This document shows, piece after piece, positions 1-9,896 of a stretch of DNA of 64,000 nucleotides. Origin of the DNA: Treponemataceae bacterium (GTDB lineage Bacteria > Spirochaetota > Spirochaetia > Treponematales > Rectinemataceae); assembly GCA_963678065.2 (NCBI GenBank), contig CAXXVZ010000004.1:704001-768000 (forward strand). Reading direction: 5' to 3'. The number at the start of each line of letters is the position of its first letter. Within the stretch, counting starts at the first letter, position 1. A program made the translations under genes and the position numbers. The notes beneath the pieces are model-generated. The model searched no databases, was not told where the DNA came from, and saw nothing but the letters and a program-made list of their open reading frames with translations.

Positions 1-387
1 AGGATCGCTGTAATGGGTCTTCGTGCGGACGGGCATCATGGGGAGCATGGAATCGACGGGAGCGACGAGTCCCTGCTTCGCCAGCTTCATGAGGATGTCG
101 CGGTTGACGCCGAAGAGGTCGGGCAGAGAGTTGGACGCAGCCGCGAGGCTGATCTTCGTGTCCTGGTCGGTGGGCGTGGAAGGCTGGAGCACGATCTTGA
201 GATCGATGTTCAGCTTGTCCTTGATGATCTTGTAGCCGATCCAGTTGTCAGGCGGAGCGCCGGCCTCGGTCACGGCGCCGAGGAGCCAGAGCTCGATCTC
301 GGCGGGCTTGGCCTGGGCCCAGACGCCCGGCGCGGCGCAGGCGAGAAGAATGGCCGCCGCAATAATGGCGATGATCCTGTGCTTCAT
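1..387 (-). CDS. Carbohydrate ABC transporter substrate-binding protein, N-terminal part (runs off the window)
   Basis: Read by hand on the minus strand: ATG at 387 after an AAGGAGGT RBS; MKHRIIAIIAAAILLACAAPGVWAQAKPAEIELW... signal peptide; lies downstream of two sugar permeases. Confidence 0.85.
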   Translation of the reverse strand, partial: MKHRIIAIIAAAILLACAAPGVWAQAKPAEIELWLLGAVTEAGAPPDNWIGYKIIKDKLNIDLKIVLQPSTPTDQDTKISLAAASNSLPDLFGVNRDILMKLAKQGLVAPVDSMLPMMPVRTKTHYSDP

Positions 388-482
388 GAAATACCTCCTT
401 GTGAGACATGAATCCGAATGAACGTCTCCCGGCGGGCTGCCGGGTCTGCGCCCTTTCGGCGTATCAGCCACTGATGACCGAA

Positions 483-1358
483 TCAACCTTTGATGCCGCC
501 CGCGAGGGACCCTTTCACGAAGTATTTCTGGATCCAGGGGTAGGCCATCATCATGGGAACCATCGTTATGAAGACGCTTGCCGCCTTCAGGGACTGCAGG
601 GATGTGGAGCTGAAGGCGTCGTATTCGACGTAGTCGTTCATGTTCACCGCCATGAGGATGTTGCGCAGAAGCACCGGGAGCGGCTGTATTTTCTGGTCGT
701 TCAGATAGAGCATGGGCGTGAAGAATTCGTTCCAGTGCCCCACGGCGTAAAAGAGCCCGATGGTGAGGAGAATGGGCTTCGAGAGGGGCAGGATGACCTT
801 GAAAAGAATGAAGAATTCGCTCGCCCCGTCAATGCGCGCCGCCTCGAGAAGCTCGGTCGGAATTTCCATGAAGAAGTTGCGCATGATGAAGAGGTTGTAG
901 ACGCTGATGGCGCCCGGGAGCATGACGGCGAGGAGCTTGTCCTGGAGTCCCAGCTGTGTCACGACGAGGTAAGTCGGGATGAGGCCGGCGCTGAAGAGGA
1001 AAGGAATCATGACGAGGGTGTTGAATATTCTGCGCCCGGGCAGGGTCCGCACGGAGAGGGCGTAGGCCATCGGTATCGTCAGGAAAAGATTGATGGCCGT
1101 TCCGCCTATCGTGATGATCGAGCTCGAGCGGAAGGCGCGCAGGAAGGCGGGGTGGCCGAGGAACTGTGTGTAGGCCTCCGTCGTCCAGACGGTCGGGCTC
1201 ACGAGGAGGCCGAAAGATCTGTCGAGGTGTCCGAGGGGCGTGAGCGAGAGCATGAGGACGCGCCAGAGCGGCACGATGACGATGAAGAGTATGATTCCGA
1301 GGAAGCCGTTGACACAGAGCTGGAAAATCAGTTCTTCGGTCGATTTGATCTTTCTCAT
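483..1358 (-). CDS. Carbohydrate ABC transporter permease (MalG/LplC-like)
   Basis: EAA loop ELLEAARIDGAS, WNEFF motif, multiple TM segments. Confidence 0.93.
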   Translation of the reverse strand: MRKIKSTEELIFQLCVNGFLGIILFIVIVPLWRVLMLSLTPLGHLDRSFGLLVSPTVWTTEAYTQFLGHPAFLRAFRSSSIITIGGTAINLFLTIPMAYALSVRTLPGRRIFNTLVMIPFLFSAGLIPTYLVVTQLGLQDKLLAVMLPGAISVYNLFIMRNFFMEIPTELLEAARIDGASEFFILFKVILPLSKPILLTIGLFYAVGHWNEFFTPMLYLNDQKIQPLPVLLRNILMAVNMNDYVEYDAFSSTSLQSLKAASVFITMVPMMMAYPWIQKYFVKGSLAGGIKG

Positions 1359-1368
1359 AGCCCCGCTC

Positions 1369-2325
1369 CTAGAAGAGTCCCGCGTCGGAGTAGCGCTTCG
1401 CGAGGCGGTTGAATGTCGCCACGAGGGCGAGGCCGATGCAGCCTTTGAAGAGCCCGACGGCCGTTGCGAGGCTGAACTGGAAGTCGAGGACGCCCTGGCG
1501 GTAGACCCAGGTGTCGATGATGTCGCCGACCGAGTAGACGGGCACGGAGTAGGTCACGAAGATCTGGTGGAAGCCCGCGTCGAGGACGTTTCCGAGCCTG
1601 AGGAGGGCGACCGTGATGATGACATCGCGGATTCCGGGAATCGTGATGAAGCGGATGCGCTGCATGCGCGTCGCGCCCTCGACCTCGGCGGCTTCGTAGA
1701 GCCCCGTGTCGATGCCGGTCATGGCCGCGAGATAGATGATGGCGCTCCAGCCCATCTCCTTCCATACATCGGAGAGAACGACGACGACGGGATACCAGCG
1801 CGGGTCCTGGAGGAAGGATATCGGCTGGCCGCCCGCGGCCTTTATGACATCGTTGAGAAGACCCTCGTCCGGCGAGAGAAGGAGCAGAAGGACGCCGAGC
1901 ATGATGATCCAGGACAGAAAGTGGGGAAGGTAGGTCACCGTCTGCACGAATCGCTTGTAGCGCTTGAGCGAGGACTCATTCAGGGCGATGGCGAGTATGA
2001 CGGCCATGGGCAGGCCGATGGCGAGCTTCGCGAGCGAGAGCCCCAGCGTGTTGCGCAAGAGTTGCCAGAAGTAGATCGATCTGAAGAAGGTGAGGAAATT
2101 GACGAAACCCACCCAGGGACTCTTCCAGACTCCGTCGATCGGGCTGAAATCCTTGAAGGCTATCTGCGCGTTCACGAGGGGCCAGTAGCGGAAGACGAGG
2201 AAGTACAGGACGGGAAGGACGAGCATGAGATAGAGGGCGGCGTGACGGCGCATCCGGCCGGAAAGGCTTGCGGCGCGGAAGGTGGGCTGCCCGGAGCTCC
2301 GACTCAGCGTTATGGTTCGACTCAT
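1369..2325 (-). CDS. Carbohydrate ABC transporter permease (LplB-like)
   Basis: SPWVGFVNF, YLPHFLSW, LYEAAEVEGA EAA loop. Confidence 0.93.
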   Translation of the reverse strand: MSRTITLSRSSGQPTFRAASLSGRMRRHAALYLMLVLPVLYFLVFRYWPLVNAQIAFKDFSPIDGVWKSPWVGFVNFLTFFRSIYFWQLLRNTLGLSLAKLAIGLPMAVILAIALNESSLKRYKRFVQTVTYLPHFLSWIIMLGVLLLLLSPDEGLLNDVIKAAGGQPISFLQDPRWYPVVVVLSDVWKEMGWSAIIYLAAMTGIDTGLYEAAEVEGATRMQRIRFITIPGIRDVIITVALLRLGNVLDAGFHQIFVTYSVPVYSVGDIIDTWVYRQGVLDFQFSLATAVGLFKGCIGLALVATFNRLAKRYSDAGLF

Positions 2326-2595
2326 CGTATTTTCATTATTACGCCTTTCCCGGGAAAAATTGCGCCAGAGTTTTGGATTATTCCGAACTCATGAGAGGAG
2401 GAGGAATCGGGCAGAATGACAAAACTGATGGGATTTGTGGGAAAAAATTCGTATTCGGGGAGAAAACGGCTAAAGCCGTACTGGCTTCGGCTCAAGCCAA
2501 CTGAAAGTCCTGTGGTTGATTTTCGAGTTTAGATGTTGCAAAGAGCTAGTCACTATTTGTTGATCTTCGCTACGCCCCATCAACTAGGCGGATAC

Positions 2596-3381
2596 ATGAG
2601 AACACTTCTTTTTTTGCATCCACTCTTTTTTTTAGTCTATATTCTTATTGCTCTTTTATTACCGCTGATAACAAAACTCGAGCCACCGTATCTATTTGTT
2701 GTTGTGGTACTTTTTGCTTTACTTGCGTTTATTCTTTTTCCACGTCGTGATGAAGTGGAAAAAATATATATTGGCTTTTTTGTATTCTTTACTATATTAA
2801 ATATGCTCGATGTAGTTCTTACATCCGGTGCTCTGAGGAATACCATTAACGCTGACGAAATAAACCCATTTATCAATTCGCTGTACAGAAATCATACGTG
2901 TTTTATTATCTTCTTTGTTAGTTCGAAAATACTATTTTTTCTTCTTGTTCTAGCTCCATGGTCTTTTTTAAGAAGGATAGTTATTTCAAGTGAAACACGC
3001 TTTCGCTTGTTAACTAAAGCAGCAATAGGGTTCGACAGAAAAGAATTTGTTGCATATCTAAATTCGGAGATCATTGCGCGAGTTCGACTTCGGAATCGTA
3101 ATGTGTATCGAGGTGGGCCAGACATTTCTGAAGAGTATATTGACTATGCAGGAACATACTTAATAAATATGACGGCTTCCGCAATTCCGATATTTAGCAT
3201 ATTCATGGTATTGCTGACATTAAACAATTTATCATTCCTCCTTTTTCATAGCAAATGGATACTATATATTTGGGTGACGATAGGATTGGTTATTTATATG
3301 CTTTATGTATGGTTATTTCGGGATAGACTGATACGAAAAGTGTATGATAATATTTTTTTGGACGTTGCAAGACACAAGTAA
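2596..3381 (+). CDS. AT-rich hypothetical membrane protein, DUF5658-like motif
   Basis: About 6 hydrophobic segments; LNMLDVVLT...EINPFI resembles DUF5658; start chosen at ATG 2596 (ORF open from 2533). Confidence 0.65.
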   Translation: MRTLLFLHPLFFLVYILIALLLPLITKLEPPYLFVVVVLFALLAFILFPRRDEVEKIYIGFFVFFTILNMLDVVLTSGALRNTINADEINPFINSLYRNHTCFIIFFVSSKILFFLLVLAPWSFLRRIVISSETRFRLLTKAAIGFDRKEFVAYLNSEIIARVRLRNRNVYRGGPDISEEYIDYAGTYLINMTASAIPIFSIFMVLLTLNNLSFLLFHSKWILYIWVTIGLVIYMLYVWLFRDRLIRKVYDNIFLDVARHK

Positions 3382-3615
3382 TTCGAGATATCAAGAAAAC
3401 ATAGAAAATATTGCCTTAAATAATATTCGCAGAGCACTGTCCCTATTTTGCCTTTGTTTGTGTTTTATCTATAGACTTGTCGCGAAACCATCAACTTTCT
3501 GCCAACTAATAATTCCAAAGTCCACAGGCAACACTGAATGTCAGATTAACAGATTCCATCCCTCCCTCCGCGCCGATTCTGCGTGGTCATATCAATTTTT
3601 CACTATATTGAATGG

Positions 3616-4131
3616 ATGGAAAGACAAACGACAAAGACCGCCTACCTCGCGGGCGGGTGTTTCTGGTGCCTCGAGGCGGTGTTCGAGCGGATTCCCGGCG
3701 TCGTCGACGTCGTGTCGGGCTACATGGGCGGGAGGATGCGCAATCCGGGCTACGGCATCGTGGGGACGGGTCTCACCGGCCACGCCGAAACGGTGCGCAT
3801 CGACTACGATCCGGCCGTCATCGGCTTCCCGGAACTCCTGGATTTCTTCTGGAAAATCCACGATCCGACCACGGAAAACAGGCAGGGTGCCGATCTCGGA
3901 AGCCAGTACCGCTCGGCGATTTTCTACGTCGACGAGGCGCAGAAAGAGCAGGCGGAGGCATCGATGCGAGCGGTTGCCCCATTGTGGTCTGATCCGATCG
4001 TGACGGAACTGTCCCTGGCGGGCGAGTTCTGGCCGGCCGAGGACTACCACCAGGATTATTTCCGGAACAACCCCGACGAGGGGTATTGCCGGGTCGTCAT
4101 CGCTCCGAAGCTCAGGAAAGCTGGTTTCTGA
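3616..4131 (+). CDS. msrA: Peptide-methionine (S)-S-oxide reductase
   Basis: GGCFWC active site, GHAE, HDPT, QYRSAIF, AEDYHQDY, C-terminal GYC. Confidence 0.97.
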   Translation: MERQTTKTAYLAGGCFWCLEAVFERIPGVVDVVSGYMGGRMRNPGYGIVGTGLTGHAETVRIDYDPAVIGFPELLDFFWKIHDPTTENRQGADLGSQYRSAIFYVDEAQKEQAEASMRAVAPLWSDPIVTELSLAGEFWPAEDYHQDYFRNNPDEGYCRVVIAPKLRKAGF

Positions 4132-5146
4132 GAACCTCGGCGAAGGCGCGCGCGGCGGTTTCGACACGAGCCGCGTCGATCCAGTAGTGGGTCACGAAGC
4201 GGAAGCTGCCGTTTTCCGGCGGATTGACGAGGATGCCGCGCTCCGCCATCGCCCGGACGACGCGCTCCGGATCGGGCGCGGGGTCGACGGCAAAGAATAC
4301 CATGTTGATGTCGACGGATTCAGGATCGAGGGCGAGGCCGGGGATGCGGGCGAGAAGCTCGGCGAAGAGCCTCGCGTTCGCGTGGTCCTCGTGAAGCCTC
4401 TTCGTCATATCCTTAAGCGCTATGAGGCCAGCGGCGGCGAGAATGCCCGCCTGCCTCATCGCGCCCCCCATGACTTTCCGCTTGCGTCTCGCCCGCGCGA
4501 TGAAATCCGCAGGCCCCGCGAGCATGGAGCCGACGGGGGCGCACAGCCCCTTGGACAGGCAGAACATGACAGAATCCGCGCGGGCGGCTATATCGCGCGC
4601 TTCCACGCCGAGGCTGGCGGCCGCGTTGAAGAGGCGCGCCCCATCGAGATGGACAGGAATGGCATGCCTGTCCGCGACTGCGCGGATCGCGTCCATCGCC
4701 TTGAGTGGAACGACCCTTCCCGAGGAGTGCGCGTTTTCGAGACATATGAGGGAGGTCGCGGGAAAATGGATGTCTTCTCCCCGGATGCGCGCTTCCACTG
4801 CCGCGGAGTCGAGGATGCCCGTCGGGGCAAGGATCGTCCTGGTCTGGACCCCGGCGATGGCTGCCGCGCCTCCAGCCTCGTGCTGGATGATGTGGCACTC
4901 TTCTCCGAGGATCACCTCCGTGCCGCGGGGGCACCAGGTGAACAGGGCGAGCTGGTTGCCGAATGTCCCTGAGGGAACGAAAAGGGCGGCTTCCTTGCCC
5001 ACAAGGGCGGCCGCGTAGCTTTCCAACTCATTGACCGTAGGATCGTCGCCGTAGACGTCGTCGCCGACGGGAGCCTGCGCCATGGCGCGCCTCATTTCGG
5101 AGGTGGGCCAAGTGACCGTATCGGAGCGGAGATCGATGTAGTTCAT
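4112..5146 (-). CDS. ltaE: Low-specificity L-threonine aldolase
   Basis: IDLRSDTVT, GDDVYGDDPT, HLDGARLFNA, CLSKGL PLP lysine; 20-bp convergent overlap with msrA. Confidence 0.96.
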   Translation of the reverse strand: MNYIDLRSDTVTWPTSEMRRAMAQAPVGDDVYGDDPTVNELESYAAALVGKEAALFVPSGTFGNQLALFTWCPRGTEVILGEECHIIQHEAGGAAAIAGVQTRTILAPTGILDSAAVEARIRGEDIHFPATSLICLENAHSSGRVVPLKAMDAIRAVADRHAIPVHLDGARLFNAAASLGVEARDIAARADSVMFCLSKGLCAPVGSMLAGPADFIARARRKRKVMGGAMRQAGILAAAGLIALKDMTKRLHEDHANARLFAELLARIPGLALDPESVDINMVFFAVDPAPDPERVVRAMAERGILVNPPENGSFRFVTHYWIDAARVETAARAFAEVLRNQLS

Positions 5147-5153
5147 GCGGGCG

Positions 5154-5183
5154 AGTGTAGCCTTCCGGACCGCGCGGGGACAA
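5154..5183 (-). promoter_or_regulatory. sigma70-like promoter of ltaE, probably leaderless
   Basis: TTGTCC-18 bp-TACACT, then 7 nt to the ATG; no Shine-Dalgarno. Confidence 0.55.
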
Positions 5184-5268
5184 GCCGTTGCGGTGAAGAT
5201 TCATGGTGAACTCAACCACTATAAGGTTGGTTCACGAACGGCGCGTCATCGATCGGGGCACCCCCCAT

Positions 5269-6150
5269 CTATGGCAGGGTACTCATGTCTTCCCTCCTCT
5301 CCGAGTTATCTTGATGTATGGCGTGTTTGATGAGCTGCCAGATCTCCTCCTCGGAGTTAAGAGGCGCCGCGGCATCAGCGATGGGTGTGACAGCGCCGGT
5401 CGCGGGGTTAAGATCGACCGGGCCATAGCGCGCCGGCCTGCCACTGCATGCCAGGTATTCGTCGTACGCATCGCCCTTGTTGTAGTGCCAGAACTCGAAG
5501 TGGTAATCAAGAAAACCATACCGGGACATAATTGCAGTGATTTCCTCTCTGTTTCTGGCCGCCTGATCGGAGATGAACGGCGAGCCCATCGGCGTTTTTT
5601 CCGACATTTCCAAGTAGAGTGCGCCCCTATCGATCTCGATGCTCCTTTCAAGAGTAAACACGGAAACATCGATCGCGCTCCCGCAGCAGTGCGTTCCGAC
5701 GCGCGGGCTCATGGCGACGAGTGCAGCGAGCCTTCGGCGGATCAGGTCGACCGAAGGAACCTGCCCGCACAACTCCCACATCACCTTGCCGAGTACCGCG
5801 GAGAATATCTCGGGCCGAAGTGCATTGTATTTCTGCATTTCGCGACTACGGTAGGCGTCTTCGATCTTCAGTACCCATCCGCGGTTGTTCATCTCCCTTG
5901 CTGCGGCGATAAAATCGGGTAGGAGGCCCTCGCGGAGGAAGAACAGCCGCGGGAGTCCTCTCGCATGAGGAAGGGGGGAGAAAAGTACCCTTACCCCTGC
6001 CTCGTGCGCCGCTTCTGGTATGAATGCGAGGGGTTCACCACATTCAGCGACGGGATACTCACAGATCGCAAGCATGAAATCGTATGCCGCGTCCATCTGT
6101 TGTTTCCAGAACAACCTGCGGTCGCTGTCATCTCCATGCCACGTGTCCAT
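5269..6150 (-). CDS. M15-family (VanX/DdpX-like) Zn D,D-dipeptidase
   Basis: DAYRS, THCCGSAID (variant of SxHxxGxAxD), EFWHY (ExWH). Confidence 0.82.
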   Translation of the reverse strand: MDTWHGDDSDRRLFWKQQMDAAYDFMLAICEYPVAECGEPLAFIPEAAHEAGVRVLFSPLPHARGLPRLFFLREGLLPDFIAAAREMNNRGWVLKIEDAYRSREMQKYNALRPEIFSAVLGKVMWELCGQVPSVDLIRRRLAALVAMSPRVGTHCCGSAIDVSVFTLERSIEIDRGALYLEMSEKTPMGSPFISDQAARNREEITAIMSRYGFLDYHFEFWHYNKGDAYDEYLACSGRPARYGPVDLNPATGAVTPIADAAAPLNSEEEIWQLIKHAIHQDNSERREDMSTLP

Positions 6151-6246
6151 CGTTTGCTCCTCCCGAATCTCGCCTAGCTGTTCAACATGATAGGCTTCGA
6201 AATCGTAAGCCTTGAATCATGCGGTTGCTGATCCATCGCCCACATC

Positions 6247-7746
6247 TCAGCCGTGTTTCAGAACCTGAGCTGTTGGTATGAAATCAAGTTCTTTCTTCAT
6301 TGGAAAGACGGCCCATCCAGTATTATCATACGGCAGTTTTTCGAGTTCTGGACTACTGGCTCCTGGTGCTGCCATGATAAAGCTTTCAGAATATAGACCC
6401 GCATAGGGTGCTTTGTACCCGTTTGCGGAACGAAGAGATAATATTTGCGCCTCCGCTACAGGCAATCCGGCCGAGTTGTACATCTCCGGATCACAATTAT
6501 CTATCCGGTTTTCCATAACCAACACATGAAGACTTCCATCACGAAGGATGGCAGTCCTGCCGCAATCGCACTTAAGACCTGTAAACATGGGCCCCTTGAA
6601 TTCGAAAAGGCCAGAGCAGACTCGTTCTACTGTCCATGTATGATGCATAGGTTCGCCATATTCCCTGGTTATGCTGTGTCCGAGGTCAACCTCAATGATG
6701 GCCCCCTCACCCATTTCCGTTGCAAGTATTGCCACTGGTGCATCCACGATATTGGCATAGACTTTGAAATCCCGTGCATATTCGAGCAGGCCGCGTATAA
6801 CCGCCACACTGTCACTGGATGAACCGGCGCTTGGCGAATCGGCCGAGTACACAAATAGCGCGGGTTTTCCAGGTACTATGGCCAATAGTTGAACAGCATC
6901 CTGAACAGTGTATGTCCGCACTTGAAGTTCTTTGCGCATATTCCACAGCATATCACCCAGTTCCACAGCATATGCCGCCGCTTTTTCATCGCTATTTGCA
7001 TATACGGTTACAGCACAGCCGACCCCGTGTATATTAAGCCAAGGCTGGACACAGGAAACGGTGACAGATAGAACATCGGGCTCGTGTTCCATCTCATCTG
7101 CACGCAGCATCACCTTTACCAGAGGCAACGCGGACGTGTCACCGGCTTCGGCCGGAAATATCAGCGGGATCTTAACCAGGGCACAGACATCATTGCGACG
7201 GCTCCTAAACTTCTCTATCACCAACCTAGCCGCATCAATACCCCTCTCCTTAAGGTCCATATGCGGGTATGTTTTGTACCCCACGATATAGTCGGCATTG
7301 GAAAGCATACGAGCAGTCATATTCGCATGCATGTCAGTAGTTGCACCGATAACACAAATTTTTCCGGCACATTGGCGGATTTCCTCGAGAACGTAACCCG
7401 AACCGTCTGGCTCTCCTTCGATGCACATCGCGCCGTGCAGGCTTACAAGGATTACGTCAGGCTCAATGGCAGAAATATCGCGCATGATTCGTTCCATTAT
7501 GATGTCGGAGGCTTTCTTGGCTACAATGCCGCTCGCGCCAAAGCGGGCATAAGCAGAAAAATAAACCTCTGCACCGTTTTCAGTAAGTATTTCATTAAAT
7601 CCCCGAACCTCAGTGCCGTCATCCTTAATCATTCCGGAGGTGTCATCTCCTAAAAAAAACAAGAAACCCGCACCTTCGGTAATTGTGGCGACAACAGGGC
7701 AAAAGCTATTGCTTTCCTGACAAAATTCTGCGATTAGTGCCTTCAT
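6247..7746 (-). CDS. M81-family metallopeptidase/amidohydrolase (MlrC-like)
   Basis: QESNSF, SLHGAM, DMHAN, YKTYPHMD, DSPSAG motifs; start at ATG 7746 after GGAGG. Confidence 0.9.
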   Translation of the reverse strand: MKALIAEFCQESNSFCPVVATITEGAGFLFFLGDDTSGMIKDDGTEVRGFNEILTENGAEVYFSAYARFGASGIVAKKASDIIMERIMRDISAIEPDVILVSLHGAMCIEGEPDGSGYVLEEIRQCAGKICVIGATTDMHANMTARMLSNADYIVGYKTYPHMDLKERGIDAARLVIEKFRSRRNDVCALVKIPLIFPAEAGDTSALPLVKVMLRADEMEHEPDVLSVTVSCVQPWLNIHGVGCAVTVYANSDEKAAAYAVELGDMLWNMRKELQVRTYTVQDAVQLLAIVPGKPALFVYSADSPSAGSSSDSVAVIRGLLEYARDFKVYANIVDAPVAILATEMGEGAIIEVDLGHSITREYGEPMHHTWTVERVCSGLFEFKGPMFTGLKCDCGRTAILRDGSLHVLVMENRIDNCDPEMYNSAGLPVAEAQILSLRSANGYKAPYAGLYSESFIMAAPGASSPELEKLPYDNTGWAVFPMKKELDFIPTAQVLKHG

Positions 7747-7880
7747 CGGAACCTCCATGTTTCGCAACAAATGCCAATAGATATTTCCCTTCAAATGAAG
7801 GTTACTATTGATGTCGCGGTTGCTACTATTTCAGTGGGCGACACACTGATTTTTGGAAAATGATCTAAAATAGGTTCAGG

Positions 7881-8909
7881 TCAGTTTTCGTTTTTTTTAT
7901 TTGCGTACAGCGCCTTACGGTGTACGTTCAGGAGCCGGCTTGCGGTCTCGTTGTAATAATGGCATGCCACAAAATGTCCGGGTTCCGCCTCATAAAGTTT
8001 GGGTAATTCTTGTCTGCATTTCTCCTGAACCATCCAGCAACGCGGTGCAAATCGGCAACCTGGTTTCGGATTGATAGGACTCGGTACATCACCTTCCAAC
8101 ACGATTCGCTCGGCTTTTTTTTGTATATCAACGCTCAAGACTGCCGATAACAGAGCTATCGTATAGGGGTGTTTTGGACTTTCAAATATTTTATCCGTCT
8201 CGGTCATCTCAACAATTTTGCCAAGATACATAACGGCTATCCGATTTGAAATGTGGCGCACGACACTGAGGTCATGCGAGATGAACAGATATGACAGCTC
8301 CATTTTTTGCTGTAGGTCAATGAGCAGATTAATAATCTTGGCTTGAATGGACACATCAAGCGCCGATACAGGCTCGTCACAGACAATGAAACCGGGCGAA
8401 AGCGACAGCGCCCTCGCTATGCCTACGACCTGCCGCTTGCCTCCATCCAACTCATGGGGGTACTTGCTCCACATGTCCTCAGTGATGCCTGTCATCTCCG
8501 AGATCTTTCTCATACACTCCACAAGCTCATCGCCTTTAGCCAACTTATGTATGGAGAACGATTCGGAAAGTATGCTGCGAACCGTCTTTTTGGGATTGAG
8601 GGAGGAGTAGGGATCCTGAAAAACAATCTGCATTTTCTTGCAGTATTCGCGTTGGGCGGCTTTGTTAAGGGACAAAATATCCGTACCTTGGTAGATGATC
8701 TCGCCTCCACTTGCAGAAAGAAGACGGAGGAGCACATTACCGACGGTACTTTTTCCGCATCCCGATTCGCCGACAAGCCCAAGGGTCTCCCCTTTACGGA
8801 TAGTAAAGCTGATATCATCAACTGCAAAAAGTGTGCCTTTGTTTTTAACCGGAAAATATTTCTTCAGGTTTCGGACTTCAATGAGGGTTTGCGAACTATT
8901 CTCATTCAC
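7881..8909 (-). CDS. Oligopeptide/dipeptide ABC ATP-binding subunit (OppF/DppF-like)
   Basis: GESGCGKS Walker A, YPHELDGG, DEPVSALD, C-terminal GCRFAPRC; GTG start chosen. Confidence 0.93.
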   Translation of the reverse strand: MNENSSQTLIEVRNLKKYFPVKNKGTLFAVDDISFTIRKGETLGLVGESGCGKSTVGNVLLRLLSASGGEIIYQGTDILSLNKAAQREYCKKMQIVFQDPYSSLNPKKTVRSILSESFSIHKLAKGDELVECMRKISEMTGITEDMWSKYPHELDGGKRQVVGIARALSLSPGFIVCDEPVSALDVSIQAKIINLLIDLQQKMELSYLFISHDLSVVRHISNRIAVMYLGKIVEMTETDKIFESPKHPYTIALLSAVLSVDIQKKAERIVLEGDVPSPINPKPGCRFAPRCWMVQEKCRQELPKLYEAEPGHFVACHYYNETASRLLNVHRKALYANKKNEN

Positions 8910-9882
8910 TGTATGCTCCCTCCTTTTCAAAAAGATAGCACGAAACAAAATGGCCGCCGTTCATCCTATACGCAGGCGGTTCATCGATTTTGCATTTTTC
9001 CATGCAATAGGCACAGCGCGGATAGAACTTACATCCACTAGGAAGGTTATTTGCGCTAGCGGCGATACCCTTGATGGCAACGAGACGGTCTCGTTGCCCT
9101 GATATCTTGGGAATGGACCCCAACAAACCGATTGTGTAAGGATGCTGAGGCCGTCCAAAAACCTCTTCCACCGTACCGTGTTCGAGAATGGTACCCGCAT
9201 ACATAACCGCCACTTTCTGGCACAACTCCGCAATAACGCCCAGATTGTGTGTAATCATGAGAAGCGAGCTGGAAAATTTTTGCTGCAGCTCCTTTATAAG
9301 TTCGAGTATCTGTATCTGAATGGTAACATCCAGTGCTGTAGTGGGTTCGTCCGCTACCAACAGTGCGGGATCACAAGCGAGCCCTGAAGCTATGCCCACA
9401 CGCTGTCTCATTCCACCAGAAAACTGATGCGGATATTCGGTTAATCTCGAGCTAGGAATTCCAACAACTTCCAGCATCTCTCCGGCTTTCTCAAGCGCCT
9501 GCCGGTTGTTCATATGTTTGTGCCGCCGGTAAACCATGGCAATCTGTTCCCCCACGGTGAATACCGGGTTCAGTGAGGTAAGGGGATTTTGAAAAATCAT
9601 GGCCATACGATTGCCCCGTAAAGACGCCATTTCATATTCCCTGAGCTTGAAAAGATTTTTGCCTTCAAAAGTAATTTCACCGCTCGTAATGACTCCTGCG
9701 GGCTTTGCAAGCAGGCGGAAGATAGACAGTGCCGTAGTGGTCTTGCCTGAGCCAGATTCACCCACAAGCCCGACCGCCTCTCCTTTATTGATTGTCATAT
9801 GAATGTGGTTCACCGCTTTTGCAATGCCGAGGTCGGTGCGGTATTCGACCGCGAGATTTTTGATTTCAAGCAATTTTTCCAT
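8902..9882 (-). CDS. Oligopeptide/dipeptide ABC ATP-binding subunit (OppD/DppD-like)
   Basis: GESGSGKT, YPHQFSGGMRQR, DEPTTALD, HPYT. Confidence 0.95.
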   Translation of the reverse strand: MEKLLEIKNLAVEYRTDLGIAKAVNHIHMTINKGEAVGLVGESGSGKTTTALSIFRLLAKPAGVITSGEITFEGKNLFKLREYEMASLRGNRMAMIFQNPLTSLNPVFTVGEQIAMVYRRHKHMNNRQALEKAGEMLEVVGIPSSRLTEYPHQFSGGMRQRVGIASGLACDPALLVADEPTTALDVTIQIQILELIKELQQKFSSSLLMITHNLGVIAELCQKVAVMYAGTILEHGTVEEVFGRPQHPYTIGLLGSIPKISGQRDRLVAIKGIAASANNLPSGCKFYPRCAYCMEKCKIDEPPAYRMNGGHFVSCYLFEKEGAYSE

Positions 9883-9896
9883 TTTGCACCTTTACC

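Noticed and set aside
408..2394. Long plus-strand ORFs (334 aa, 384 aa) and similar antisense ORFs elsewhere (e.g. 19943-21175, 28783-30285, 39447-40805, 62231-63475)
   Set aside because: They are shadows of well-supported genes on the opposite strand, expected with GC-rich codon usage; no recognisable motifs
5206..5236. Integron attC-like site (ACTCAAC...GTTGGTT)
   Set aside because: Arms only about 9 bp apart, single copy, no integron integrase
5269..6150. Possible vancomycin-resistance vanX
   Set aside because: No vanH/vanA/vanRS; the context is peptide uptake and catabolism
6247..7746. Microcystin degradation (mlr) cluster
   Set aside because: Only an MlrC-family member is present; no mlrA/B/D, and the family is widespread
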